Positions 8,323-17,449 of a stretch of 24,578 bases of DNA are shown here, piece by piece. Both the position numbers and the translations under genes were made by a program. Source of the DNA: Rhodothermales bacterium (GTDB lineage Bacteria > Bacteroidota > Rhodothermia > Rhodothermales > VXPQ01); assembly GCA_040904565.1 (NCBI GenBank), contig JBBDTI010000016.1, positions 49,205-73,782 on the forward strand, in the 5' to 3' direction. The first letter of the stretch is position 1, and each line of letters starts with the position of its first letter. A model generated the notes under the pieces. The model saw only the letters and a list, made by a program, of their open reading frames with translations, was not told the origin of the DNA and did not search any database.

Positions 8323-11300
8323 CTAGAAGTTGAACAGAACGCCCAGCCGCACGCGTCGTGGCATACTGTACATGAGCGGCGCCGCCGACGTGTGGTTGAA
8401 CCCCACGTTCACGGGCCCCCCCGTATACGCCCTGTAGTTGAATTCCGCCGATTCCGGATCCGGTTGGCTCTGTATGAAGGAACGGCCGCCCGACGTCAAC
8501 AGGTAACCGTCCTCACCCGGGAGCCCGGTCGCCCGGTAGACGGCCAGCACGTTCTGCGTGTCGAAGAGGTTCAACACGCTGACGTAGGCCGTCAGTGCGG
8601 AGGCACCGAGGTTGAACCGCCGATCGAGACGCATGTCGATGCGCGACGTCGACGGCAGGCGAGCCGAGTTGATGGTACCCACCGCATCGGACGTGAAGCT
8701 GTCGTTGATGTTGAACGCCGAGCTCTTGAGCGCCGTGTAGGCCTGCCCGCTTCCGTACTGGGCCAGTACGTTGACGCCGACGTTCTCCAGGAGCGGTGCT
8801 CCGAGAATCATCGGACCCTCACCTTCCCCGAGGCGATAGTCGAACGAGGCGTTGACGGTGTGCCGCTGATCGAAGTCGGCCGGACTGATCGTGTTCGGAA
8901 ACACCTCGCCGCGCCAGACGATCACCGACGTGGCCTGTGCGTCCGAGCCCGTACCCTGCGCGAAGGCCAAGGTATAGTTGGCCGTGAGCGCCACGTTGCG
9001 CGTGCGCCGCAGGTCGAAGCCGACTTCGACGCCCTTGGTCGTCGTGAAGTCAGCGTTCAGATACGTCCCGTACTGCGGGAAGCCGCCCAACACCGGACGA
9101 TTGCTGATCTTATTTTCCTGCGTCCGATAGAAGCCTGAAATCGTCAGCGCCGCATTCGTCGCGAGGCGCTGGCGGAAGCCGAGCTCATACTGCGTCGTTT
9201 TCTCGGGCTGCAGCTTCGGATTGGGAACGCGCTGGTCCTGCGGCGCGATCTCCTCGTAGGCGCGGAACGGCGCGAATTCCTGCTCCGTCGGGCGCTGGCT
9301 CGTCACGTTATAGGACGCGAAGAAGATCGCCTGATCCGTAATCGGGAAGCTCACCCCAATACGCGGCATGAACGTCACGCTCGGCTCGTAATCCTCAAAC
9401 GCCTCGCTGATCGGATCGCCGGTAGCCTGCGCCTGGCCGGACAGATCGCTCGTGATCCGGGCGCCGTCTATGCGGGAGCCTTCCGTATCGTAGAAGTTTC
9501 CGGAAAGGTCGCGATAGCCGACCACCTCATCCGCATCGTTGAAGTACACCGCGTAATCGGAGTCGATCCCCGACGGACGGCTCGCGACGTCGCCGGCACG
9601 GACGATCGGCACGGCGGCGTAGACGTCCTTGAGCACCCTCGAGTTGTTGTCGAACACGTCGACGCGGACACCCAGGTTCAGGACCAGGTCACGGTATTCG
9701 ATCTTATCCTGAATATATCCGGCATAGTAGATCGGCTGGTACGGAGCGATGTCCATATTCGTCCGATCGTAATACGCCTCGATATCCTCGCTGTCCGCCT
9801 CGTTGAGACCGCGGAAGTCATACCCCCAGTACTCCGCGCGTTCGCGGAAGGCGTCGAAGGGCAGCTCCTCGTAGTTGTCGAAGCAGGCGGACTGCTCGCA
9901 GTCGCCGTCGGCAAAATAACGCGAGAGACCGAAGCCGGTATTTAGATAGTACCAGCGCTCGGTCGAGGCCTGGTACATGCCCCCGAATTCGATCTGATGG
10001 AGACCGATCTGAGAGGTGGCGTTACCGGAGAGCTGAAAGCTCTGCAGGTCCCGCTTCTGGTAACGCGTCAGCGGCGCCCCGGGCAGCGTAAAGCCGAGCC
10101 CGATGGCGCGTCCGACCGTCGCCAGACCGTCGTTCTGGTAAAGCGGCTCGTACGTCCCTCCTCCACGCGAGGCGAAGTAGCGGCTCGCTACGTCGAGGTA
10201 CTCGTGATCGATGTCTCCGTAGAACAGGCCGTCCTCTACGTCGCTCGAAAAGCCGTTCGGCCGCTGCGTGTAATAGTAGTCCTGAAAGCCGGCGTCGATC
10301 TGATAGAAGAAGTTCTGCGAGAAGCGCTGCCGGAGACTGCCGTAGAGCCGCCACTGTTCGCGCTCGTCGATGTAGAACACGTCGTCATTGTACGCCAGCT
10401 CATCGTAGGCCAGCTCATCCTCCTGCTGCGATTCGTACCCACCACCGAGGCGGAGCGTGACGGTCTCGGTCGGATCGATGCTGATGTTGCCATTCAGCAC
10501 GAATTCGTTCAGCGGACGGCTCTTCGCGGAACGACGACTGAAGTCATCGGCCGTGTAGGTATCGGGCGCGTTGATGATACCATCACTGAGGCTGTAGCCT
10601 TCCGGGAGGCTCAGAATGGTTCCGAGGGAATCCGTCGTCAGCGGCTCCTCATTATCGAAGGCAGCCTGCGCGGCCTGCCAGGGGAAGGGAATAAACATCT
10701 GGTCTCCCGATCCGTTGGTCGCGCGAACGACCTGCGGATTGGCTTCAAGCGACGCAAGCTGGTCGCCGGAAAGCTGATAGGTGTCGATCCCATACGGATT
10801 CGCGTCGGACATGGAGGTATACTGTCCGGATACGAAGAAGCCGACCCGATCGGAGAACAGCGGACCGCCCAGCGAGAGCGAACCGATATTGTGGCCGTAG
10901 CCGTCGAGACCTTCCGAGGTGATTCCCTCGAGCGTCCCGAAAAACTGTTCGGCGCCGGATTTGGTCGTGATGGAAATGACGCCGGCCTGAGCGTCCCCGT
11001 ATTTGGCGGGGATCGTACCGATCAACATTTCCTGCTCCGCGATCGCCTGCTGGTTGATGCCCAGCGTAGCGGTAGACCCACGCAGGCGCACACCGTCCAC
11101 GTAGTAGACGACCTCTTGTTCGCGACCGCCGCGAATGAAGAGCGCATCCGATCCCTCGCGAGCCACCACGCCGCCCTGCAACGCCGCGACATCCGTTACG
11201 CCGCGCAGGGGGAGATTCTGTAGATCTTCGCCGGAAACGACGCGCGGGACGCCCACGGCGTCGCGCTGAATGATGGGTCGCTCGTAGGCAACCACGATCT

Positions 11301-11631
11301 CATCCAGCTCGGCGCCGGGCATAAGCTCGAAATTCAGCTCGCGTGTGTATCCGGCATTAATCTCCACATCCTGAATGGTCTGCGGCTGATATCCGACGAA
11401 GGACGCCGTGATATCGTACGTGCCGACCGGGACACCGATGATGAAGTAATTACCATCTACGTCCGTAGCGGTACCCAGCTGCGTACCCTGAAGGATGACG
11501 TTAGCACCAGGAAGCGGTTCACCCGTGCTGCCGTCCGTGACGACGCCGGCGAGCCGACCTGTGTTTTGTGCTAACGCCAGCATGGGCGTAGCGAGCAGAA
11601 AGAGTACGATTGTACCCCACTTGCGCAACAT
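8323..11631 (-). CDS. TonB-dependent receptor with N-terminal carboxypeptidase-regulatory-like domain
   Basis: Signal ALA|Q. N-domain G.LAGVVTD..TGEPLPGANV...TATDVDGNY. TonB-box-like LDEIVV. Plug motifs IRGGR...YYVDGV and AKYGDAQAGVISITTKSG. Barrel motifs PRIGVSF, NPKLQPEKTTQYELG, ANYTL and NLFD. Ends PRRVRLGVLFNF. Confidence 0.93.
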   Translation of the reverse strand: MLRKWGTIVLFLLATPMLALAQNTGRLAGVVTDGSTGEPLPGANVILQGTQLGTATDVDGNYFIIGVPVGTYDITASFVGYQPQTIQDVEINAGYTRELNFELMPGAELDEIVVAYERPIIQRDAVGVPRVVSGEDLQNLPLRGVTDVAALQGGVVAREGSDALFIRGGREQEVVYYVDGVRLRGSTATLGINQQAIAEQEMLIGTIPAKYGDAQAGVISITTKSGAEQFFGTLEGITSEGLDGYGHNIGSLSLGGPLFSDRVGFFVSGQYTSMSDANPYGIDTYQLSGDQLASLEANPQVVRATNGSGDQMFIPFPWQAAQAAFDNEEPLTTDSLGTILSLPEGYSLSDGIINAPDTYTADDFSRRSAKSRPLNEFVLNGNISIDPTETVTLRLGGGYESQQEDELAYDELAYNDDVFYIDEREQWRLYGSLRQRFSQNFFYQIDAGFQDYYYTQRPNGFSSDVEDGLFYGDIDHEYLDVASRYFASRGGGTYEPLYQNDGLATVGRAIGLGFTLPGAPLTRYQKRDLQSFQLSGNATSQIGLHQIEFGGMYQASTERWYYLNTGFGLSRYFADGDCEQSACFDNYEELPFDAFRERAEYWGYDFRGLNEADSEDIEAYYDRTNMDIAPYQPIYYAGYIQDKIEYRDLVLNLGVRVDVFDNNSRVLKDVYAAVPIVRAGDVASRPSGIDSDYAVYFNDADEVVGYRDLSGNFYDTEGSRIDGARITSDLSGQAQATGDPISEAFEDYEPSVTFMPRIGVSFPITDQAIFFASYNVTSQRPTEQEFAPFRAYEEIAPQDQRVPNPKLQPEKTTQYELGFRQRLATNAALTISGFYRTQENKISNRPVLGGFPQYGTYLNADFTTTKGVEVGFDLRRTRNVALTANYTLAFAQGTGSDAQATSVIVWRGEVFPNTISPADFDQRHTVNASFDYRLGEGEGPMILGAPLLENVGVNVLAQYGSGQAYTALKSSAFNINDSFTSDAVGTINSARLPSTSRIDMRLDRRFNLGASALTAYVSVLNLFDTQNVLAVYRATGLPGEDGYLLTSGGRSFIQSQPDPESAEFNYRAYTGGPVNVGFNHTSAAPLMYSMPRRVRLGVLFNF

Positions 11632-11636
11632 ATGCT

Positions 11637-11643
11637 ACCTCCT
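11637..11643 (-). promoter_or_regulatory. Shine-Dalgarno site of the TBDR gene
   Basis: AGGAGGT on the minus strand, 5 nt before the ATG at 11631. Confidence 0.85.
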
Positions 11644-11944
11644 CTATTGATGGTGTATGCCTGTAAATACCGGTACAAGGAGCCGCGCACCGGGCTTTAC
11701 GTACAGTCGAGTATGTGTTCGCGCCATGAAATGGAGATCGGTGTCGGGCCGTCCACGTATCGAACGGGCTCTCCAAGCACCAGAGCCTGCGCCTCTACGT
11801 CGGGAGCCAACCGGTAGAAGCATGGAACCTTTGACGAACGAAAAGAAACGCTGTATCAGTCGGTTCGCTAAGCAATCTCCAATTTACTGAGTGACGGTGA
11901 GAATGCACCTGTGAAAATATATACGTGTCTCAACTCATCCGAAG

Positions 11945-11973
11945 AATATATTGGGGGGCACCCCGATTGTCAA
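11945..11973 (-). promoter_or_regulatory. Near-consensus sigma70 promoter for the TBDR operon
   Basis: Minus strand: TTGACA (11973-11968), a 17-nt spacer, then TATATT (11950-11945), within an AT-richer intergenic region. Confidence 0.8.
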
Positions 11974-12197
11974 GGCAATAGCGCCCTCATGGCTGGAAGC
12001 GGTACCAATGCCGATTCTGATCCATATAGGCTAATTTTGTGGCTTATTCACGCTTTCAAGAAAAGCGCTTCTAATGTTTCGCGGAAAATTGACCGAGCGA
12101 ATGTGCGCTATTGACGGCTGTACCGTCATATGTCGGCCCGAACGGTCGGTCGATTTCGCGGCCGTACGTAACACAGGTAATGTGGCACCGCACGTCC

Positions 12198-13781
12198 CTA
12201 CAGCTGTACCCGTCGAACCTGCTCGACGCCGTCCAGTCCGGCAATCTCTTTCGCCACCTCGTCGGACACCTCCTCGTCGACGCTCACGGCGGTGAGCGCC
12301 ACGGACCCTTTCTCGGCCCGGCCCAGCGCCAGCGCACCGATATTGATGTCGTTCCGAGCCAGGATGCTGCCCACCGACGCCAGCATGCCGGGCCGGTCGA
12401 CGTTTCTGTAGAACAGGAGCCGCCCTTCCGGACGCAGCTCGAGCCAGTAGTCGTCCATGCGCACGAGCCGAAGCTCGTCGCGATCGAAGATCGTGCCGGC
12501 TACGACGCGACGCTCATCACCCACAGCGAGATCGATCTCGATCAGATTCGTATAACCGCCTGAGGCGGCCTCCCGCTCCTCGGTGACGTTGACGCCCATC
12601 TCCTCGGCGAGGAGGGGCGCATTGATCAGGTTGACCGGCTCGCTGATCCAGTGAGAAAGCACGCCGCGCACCGCCGCGATCGAGATGACCTCCGAGAAGC
12701 GCCGTGCGACGTCGCCCCGGCAGCGTACGGTAATCGATCGAACGCTGCCGTCACCGATCTGGGCCACGATCTGTCCGAGTCGATCGGCGAGCTGGAGGTA
12801 CGGCTGTGCCTCAGGCTGGGCGGCCATCTTGATGGCCATCGCGTTGACGGGCGTCTGCACGGGCTCTCCGTTCAAGGCGTTGATCACCTGTTCGGTAATT
12901 TGCGTCGCCACTTTTTCCTGAGCCTCGTCGGTAGATGCGGCAATATGGGGTGTGGCCACGACGTTCGGATGGCGAATCAGCTTTTCGAGCGACGCCGGCG
13001 GCGGCTCCTGAGAGTAAACGTCCAGCGCCGCACCACCTACCTGTCCACTTTCGAGCGCCTCGAGCAGGTCGGCCTCATCGACGATGCCGCCCCGCGCGCA
13101 GTTCACGATGCGAACACCTGTCTTGCACGTGGCAAGCGTCTCCGCGCGAAGCATGCCGCGCGTCGCGTCGTTCAACGGAGTGTGGACCGTTATGAAATCG
13201 CTCGCTGCAAACAGCTCGTCCAGCTCTACCAGGCGGACGCCGAAACGCTCGGCGGTCTCGCTGGAAACGACGGGATCGTAGCCTATGACCTTCATGCCGA
13301 ATCCGGCCATTCGCTCGGCGACTTCCCTGCCGATCTTGCCGACGCCGACCACGCCCAGCGTCTTTTTGTAGACCTCCGAACCCGTAAACACTTTCCTGTC
13401 CCATCGCCCATCGACGAGCGACCGGTTTGCCTGCGGAATGCGGCGAGCGAGCGACAGCAGCATGGCGCAGGAATGCTCGGCCGTCGAGATCGTATTTCCG
13501 TCCGGAGCATTGATGACGAGCACGCCGCGTCGCGTCGCGGCATCCAGATCGATGTTGTCCACGCCTACACCCGCGCGGCCGACAACCTTCAGGTTGTCCG
13601 CCGCATCGAGCAGCTCCGACGTGATCGTCGTACCGCTTCGAATGATCCATCCATCGGCACCAGCCGCCAGCTTCAGCAGCTCGTCAGGCGATTTCTTCAG
13701 CTGTACGTCAGCCTCGATTCCGTTGTCTTCAAGCATGTCGATGCAGACCTGGTCGACTGCATCGGTGATAAGCACTTTCAT
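12198..13781 (-). CDS. serA: D-3-phosphoglycerate dehydrogenase (long form with C-terminal ACT domain)
   Basis: Motifs GRAGVGVDNID, NAPDGNTISTAEH, GVGKIG, NCARGG, ALDVY..EP and TPHIAAST.EAQ, with ACT motif DRPGML. 527 aa. Confidence 0.96.
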   Translation of the reverse strand: MKVLITDAVDQVCIDMLEDNGIEADVQLKKSPDELLKLAAGADGWIIRSGTTITSELLDAADNLKVVGRAGVGVDNIDLDAATRRGVLVINAPDGNTISTAEHSCAMLLSLARRIPQANRSLVDGRWDRKVFTGSEVYKKTLGVVGVGKIGREVAERMAGFGMKVIGYDPVVSSETAERFGVRLVELDELFAASDFITVHTPLNDATRGMLRAETLATCKTGVRIVNCARGGIVDEADLLEALESGQVGGAALDVYSQEPPPASLEKLIRHPNVVATPHIAASTDEAQEKVATQITEQVINALNGEPVQTPVNAMAIKMAAQPEAQPYLQLADRLGQIVAQIGDGSVRSITVRCRGDVARRFSEVISIAAVRGVLSHWISEPVNLINAPLLAEEMGVNVTEEREAASGGYTNLIEIDLAVGDERRVVAGTIFDRDELRLVRMDDYWLELRPEGRLLFYRNVDRPGMLASVGSILARNDINIGALALGRAEKGSVALTAVSVDEEVSDEVAKEIAGLDGVEQVRRVQL

Positions 13782-13893
13782 ATATAGGTTCGTTGTGTGG
13801 GCAGATAAAGTTCGAATGTTCGTTCGCGCCGGTCGGAGCGCCGGGTCATCAACCTTACGAGTGGATCCTGCCGGGCGAGCCGCCCGTCGTAGC

Positions 13894-14484
13894 TCATGGG
13901 TTCGTCATCGTATCGATCCAGTTCAGGAGCTCGGGAAGTCCGCGCTTCGTATGCGCCGATGTGAGAAATACCGGCGCCTCGATGCCGTATTCCATCAAGA
14001 TGTCCTTCATACGCTTTTCGGTTTTAAAGCGGTCGTTGCCCGACAGCTTGTCCGCCTTCGTCAGCGCGATAACGTACGGCACGTCGCTCCCTTTCAGGAG
14101 TTCGAGCACGTCGCGATCGAGCGGCGTCGGCGGGTGGCGGCTGTCCACCAGATGGATCAGCAATTGCAGCGGCTCTCGCTCGGCGATGAACCGTCCGATA
14201 AACTCGCCCCACCGTTGCCGTTCCATCCTGGACACTTTCGCATAGCCGAAGCCGGGCAGGTCGACGAAGTACAGCCGTCGGTTGATGAGGTAGTAGTTGA
14301 ACTGCTGCGTCTTCCCCGGCGTTCTGCTGGTGCGAGCGAGCGCACGGCGTCCGACGACGGCGTTCAGCAGCGAGCTCTTCCCCACGTTGGAACGCCCGAT
14401 GAAGGCCACTTCCGGACGACCGTCCGCGGGCAGGCCGCTCCACGTCGCAGCCCCTTTGACGAATTCTGCTTCCTTGATCTTCAG
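13894..14484 (-). CDS. engB: Ribosome biogenesis GTP-binding protein YihA/YsxC (EngB), apparent CTG start
   Basis: G1 GRSNVGKSS, SRTPGKT, G3 DLPGFG, G4 TKADK, TSA. The frame extends 25 codons above the listed GTG (14409) as CTG-KIKEAEFVKGAATWSGLPADGRPE, matching the conserved family N-terminus. This gives 196 aa. Confidence 0.93.
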   Translation of the reverse strand: MKIKEAEFVKGAATWSGLPADGRPEVAFIGRSNVGKSSLLNAVVGRRALARTSRTPGKTQQFNYYLINRRLYFVDLPGFGYAKVSRMERQRWGEFIGRFIAEREPLQLLIHLVDSRHPPTPLDRDVLELLKGSDVPYVIALTKADKLSGNDRFKTEKRMKDILMEYGIEAPVFLTSAHTKRGLPELLNWIDTMTNP

Positions 14485-14502
14485 AGGCTCTCGCGCAGTC
14501 GA

Positions 14503-15378
14503 TTAGGCAGGTTCGAGATGATCTTTCACGGTCTCACCGATGACGGAAGGATTCAGTACGACGACGGCACCTGCGGCTTCCAGCGCGGCGAATTTGTCCT
14601 CCGCCGTACCTTTTCCACCCGAAATAATCGCTCCCGCATGACCCATCCGCCGCCCGGGAGGCGCCGTGCGGCCCGCGATGAACGCGAATACGGGCTTCGT
14701 CATGTTAGCCTGGATGTACTCGGCGGCCTCCTCCTCTGCCGTACCGCCGATCTCACCGATCAGCACGACAGCCTCCGTGTCGCCGTCGGCCTCGAAGAGC
14801 TCCAGTGCATCGATGAACCGCGTCCCGATAATGGGGTCACCGCCGATGCCGACGGCCGTGCTCTGACCCAGGCCCTGCCTGGTGAGCTGGTCGACGGCCT
14901 CGTAGGTCAGAGTCCCCGATCGAGAAATAACGCCGACGGGTCCTTCCGTGAAAATCATGGCCGGCATGATGCCTACCTTTGCCTGGCCCGGCGTGATGAC
15001 GCCCGGACAGTTGGGTCCGACCAGGTGCGCACCCTGCTTCTTCACGTAGTGATATACCGGGATCATATCCTCGATCGGTATCCCTTCCGTGATGCAGATG
15101 ATGACCTCCACGCCGGCTTCAGCGGCTTCGAGAATCGCATCAGCCGCGAACGGCGGCGGAACGAAAATGACGGATGTGTTGGCCCCTTCCTGCTCGACGG
15201 CGTCCGCAACGGTGTTGTATACCGGCCTTCCGAGGTGCGTCCGGCCACCCTTGCCGGGCGTCACGCCGGCCACGAGGTTCGTGCCGTATTCCAGCATCTG
15301 CTCGGAGTGAAACGAGCCTTCCGAGCCCGTAAATCCCTGGACGACAAGCCGCGTATCAGCGTTTACGAGTATCGCCAT
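14503..15378 (-). CDS. sucD: Succinate--CoA ligase alpha subunit
   Basis: Motifs [47 protein letters not shown] and phospho-His motif MGHAGA. Confidence 0.97.
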   Translation of the reverse strand: MAILVNADTRLVVQGFTGSEGSFHSEQMLEYGTNLVAGVTPGKGGRTHLGRPVYNTVADAVEQEGANTSVIFVPPPFAADAILEAAEAGVEVIICITEGIPIEDMIPVYHYVKKQGAHLVGPNCPGVITPGQAKVGIMPAMIFTEGPVGVISRSGTLTYEAVDQLTRQGLGQSTAVGIGGDPIIGTRFIDALELFEADGDTEAVVLIGEIGGTAEEEAAEYIQANMTKPVFAFIAGRTAPPGRRMGHAGAIISGGKGTAEDKFAALEAAGAVVVLNPSVIGETVKDHLEPA

Positions 15379-15414
15379 GTTGGTACCGTATCGTAAGATT
15401 GTGGTGAATCACCC

Positions 15415-15574
15415 GGCAGAGCGGGCAGAGCGGGCGCTGTGCGGGTGCTGTGCGGGTGCTGTGCTTGAGCGGAGCGGGAGTCGTCCGTACCCGGAGCGGG
15501 AGTCGTCCGTACCCGGAGTGGGTGCGCCCGACCGGCAACCGCGCCGCAGATCGTGGTAGATCGTGGCAGATCGT
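15415..15574. repeat. Cluster of four different short tandem repeats upstream of sucD
   Basis: GGCAGAGCG x2 (15415-15432); GCTGTGCGGGT x2.6 (15436-15464); CGGAGCGGGAGTCGTCCGTACC x2.4 (15470-15522); GYAGATCGTG x2.9 (15546-15574). Confidence 0.92.
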
Positions 15575-15823
15575 CCTCAAAACCGCATGCTCGGCTCACG
15601 CCGCCGACAGGCTCAACCCGTATATTACGAAACCCGCCTGCGCCGTAAGTAAAGGTTCGGCAAATATCAGCGCGGAATCTAGCGGGTGCCGGTTCGGACT
15701 AGGCCGCTCACGATTCCCGTCGCGCTTATTCCGTATCCTTTGTCTGGATAATGTCTTTGTGTCGCTAATCTCTTTCGACCGTCCGCCGTGTCGCTCACCT
15801 TCGTGCCGGCACCCATCATATCG

Positions 15824-17449
15824 ATGCCGTCGCATTCATTCAAGGCCGCCGTGTCCCTCGCCGCGCGATCGTGCGCGACCCCGAACGTCCCACTTCGGCG
15901 CACCCTTCGGCCGCGACAGGTCGCCCTGTTGGCCGCGCTCGTGGCCGTCTGCAGTGCCGGTCAGCCCGCGCCCGCGCAACCCGTCGATCAACCGTTCACG
16001 TTCAGCAGCGCGACGCACTCGCTTCCGGCAGTGACCCACGCCGATCTGGCGATGGGCGACGTCGACGGGGACGGAGACCTCGACGTATTTGTCTCCGGCA
16101 TTTTGGACGGCTCGCCCTTTTCTCGACTCTACCGGAACGACGGGATGACGTACGGCGATACCGAACCGTCCGATGTGGCGTACCGCGAGGTCACCGGCCC
16201 CTTCCCCGACCTCGCCTTCGGTGCATCCGCCTGGGGTGATTTCGACGGCGACGGAGACCTGGACCTCGTCGTGACAGGAAGCCGAACGCTCGTGTGGCCG
16301 TATGCACCCCTCACGATGCTGTTTCGCAACGACGGCGGAACGTTCAGGGCAGTCGACGCCGATCTCGTGGACGTATATGCAGGCGCGGCCGCCTGGGGCG
16401 ACGTCGACGGCGACGGGGATGCAGACCTCCTCCTGGGAGGCGAGGACGGCGGCGGCGAAAGCATCGCTGTCCTGTACCGCAACGACGACGGTGCCTTTGC
16501 CGCCATACAGGAGCTGACCGGACTGGCCTACGGCGATGCGGCCTGGGGGGACATGGACGGGGACGGAGACCTGGACCTCTTGCTGGCCGGAAGCGGACCG
16601 ACGGGCTTCCACGCGGATGCGTACGAAAATGTGAACGGAACGCTGATACCCCTTGCGACCGACCTGCCCGGCGTCGCTTTCGCGTCAGTGGACTGGGGGG
16701 ACGTGGACGGAGACGGGGACCTCGATGTGGTCCTGAGCGGGGGACGAACCGCGACGAGAGTGCTGGAGGCCGTCGTCGGCCTTTTCCGCAATGACGCCGG
16801 ATCGTTCACACAGATGGACGTCGAACTTCCCAACGTCCTGTCAGGAGACGTTTCCTTCGCGGACTACGACGAGGACGGAGACCTCGACCTGTTCGTGATG
16901 GGAGCCGAGGGCGCCCTGGGCCGCCGCCTGGCGCGCATCTACGAGCAGGAAGTGAACGGTTGGATAGAGCGCGCGCGCCTCATCGGCGTCGTATTCGGAA
17001 CGGCTGCATGGGGCGACGTAGAGGGCGACGGCGACGTCGACCTGATCGCAGCGGGCCGCCCCACGGCGAATACGCCGCTCCTGCATGTTTATCTCAACGC
17101 CCGTCAGACCGGTACCGAACCGGAGCCGCCCACGGCACCTCACGGTGCACCAAATACGGACGAGCCGCACCCGTTCGTGGCCGCCCCCAACCCTTCTTCC
17201 GGCAGCGTAACGTTTCACTTCACGATGCCGCGGGAAGGGACCGTCCGGCTGACGCTGATCGACGTCCTGGGCCGCCGGGTCGCGACCGTACGTGACGCCT
17301 ACCTCGCGGCCGGCGGTCACCAGATTACGTGGAACGCCGTACATGCCGCTGGACGACCCCTCGGGTCGGGCCTCTATTTCGCCGTGCTGGAAACCCGCGG
17401 AACCCGCCAAAGCACCCGCCAAAGCCTGCCGCTCCTACTCTCTCGATGA
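15824..17449 (+). CDS. FG-GAP/VCBS-type repeat beta-propeller protein with T9SS type-A C-terminal sorting domain
   Basis: Seven (G/A)DxDGDGDLD-type repeats, mostly followed by LY/FRND. Signal ending APA|Q. C-terminus APNPSSG...VRLTLIDVLGRRVATV...G.HQITW...SGLYFAVL. Start uncertain (ATG 15824 chosen; GTG 15788 possible). Confidence 0.85.
   Translation: MPSHSFKAAVSLAARSCATPNVPLRRTLRPRQVALLAALVAVCSAGQPAPAQPVDQPFTFSSATHSLPAVTHADLAMGDVDGDGDLDVFVSGILDGSPFSRLYRNDGMTYGDTEPSDVAYREVTGPFPDLAFGASAWGDFDGDGDLDLVVTGSRTLVWPYAPLTMLFRNDGGTFRAVDADLVDVYAGAAAWGDVDGDGDADLLLGGEDGGGESIAVLYRNDDGAFAAIQELTGLAYGDAAWGDMDGDGDLDLLLAGSGPTGFHADAYENVNGTLIPLATDLPGVAFASVDWGDVDGDGDLDVVLSGGRTATRVLEAVVGLFRNDAGSFTQMDVELPNVLSGDVSFADYDEDGDLDLFVMGAEGALGRRLARIYEQEVNGWIERARLIGVVFGTAAWGDVEGDGDVDLIAAGRPTANTPLLHVYLNARQTGTEPEPPTAPHGAPNTDEPHPFVAAPNPSSGSVTFHFTMPREGTVRLTLIDVLGRRVATVRDAYLAAGGHQITWNAVHAAGRPLGSGLYFAVLETRGTRQSTRQSLPLLLSR

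Noticed and set aside
11700-11800. GTAGAGGCGC on the minus strand resembling the start of a lysine riboswitch
   Set aside because: The downstream conserved elements (GAGUA, GAAAGG, GCCGAA) are absent and the gene context does not fit.
12036-12056. TGTGG...TCACG as a CRP/FNR-like box upstream of the TBDR promoter
   Set aside because: Half-site spacing is 5 nt rather than 6 and both half-sites are mismatched.
14503-15378. sucD without adjacent sucC, and gatA without gatB/gatC
   Set aside because: Dispersed subunit genes are common in Bacteroidota-related lineages, so absence from this window is uninformative.
13438-15396. 652-aa plus-strand ORF
   Set aside because: Antisense shadow of serA/engB/sucD with no recognisable motifs. 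Such ORFs are expected from codon bias in GC-rich DNA.
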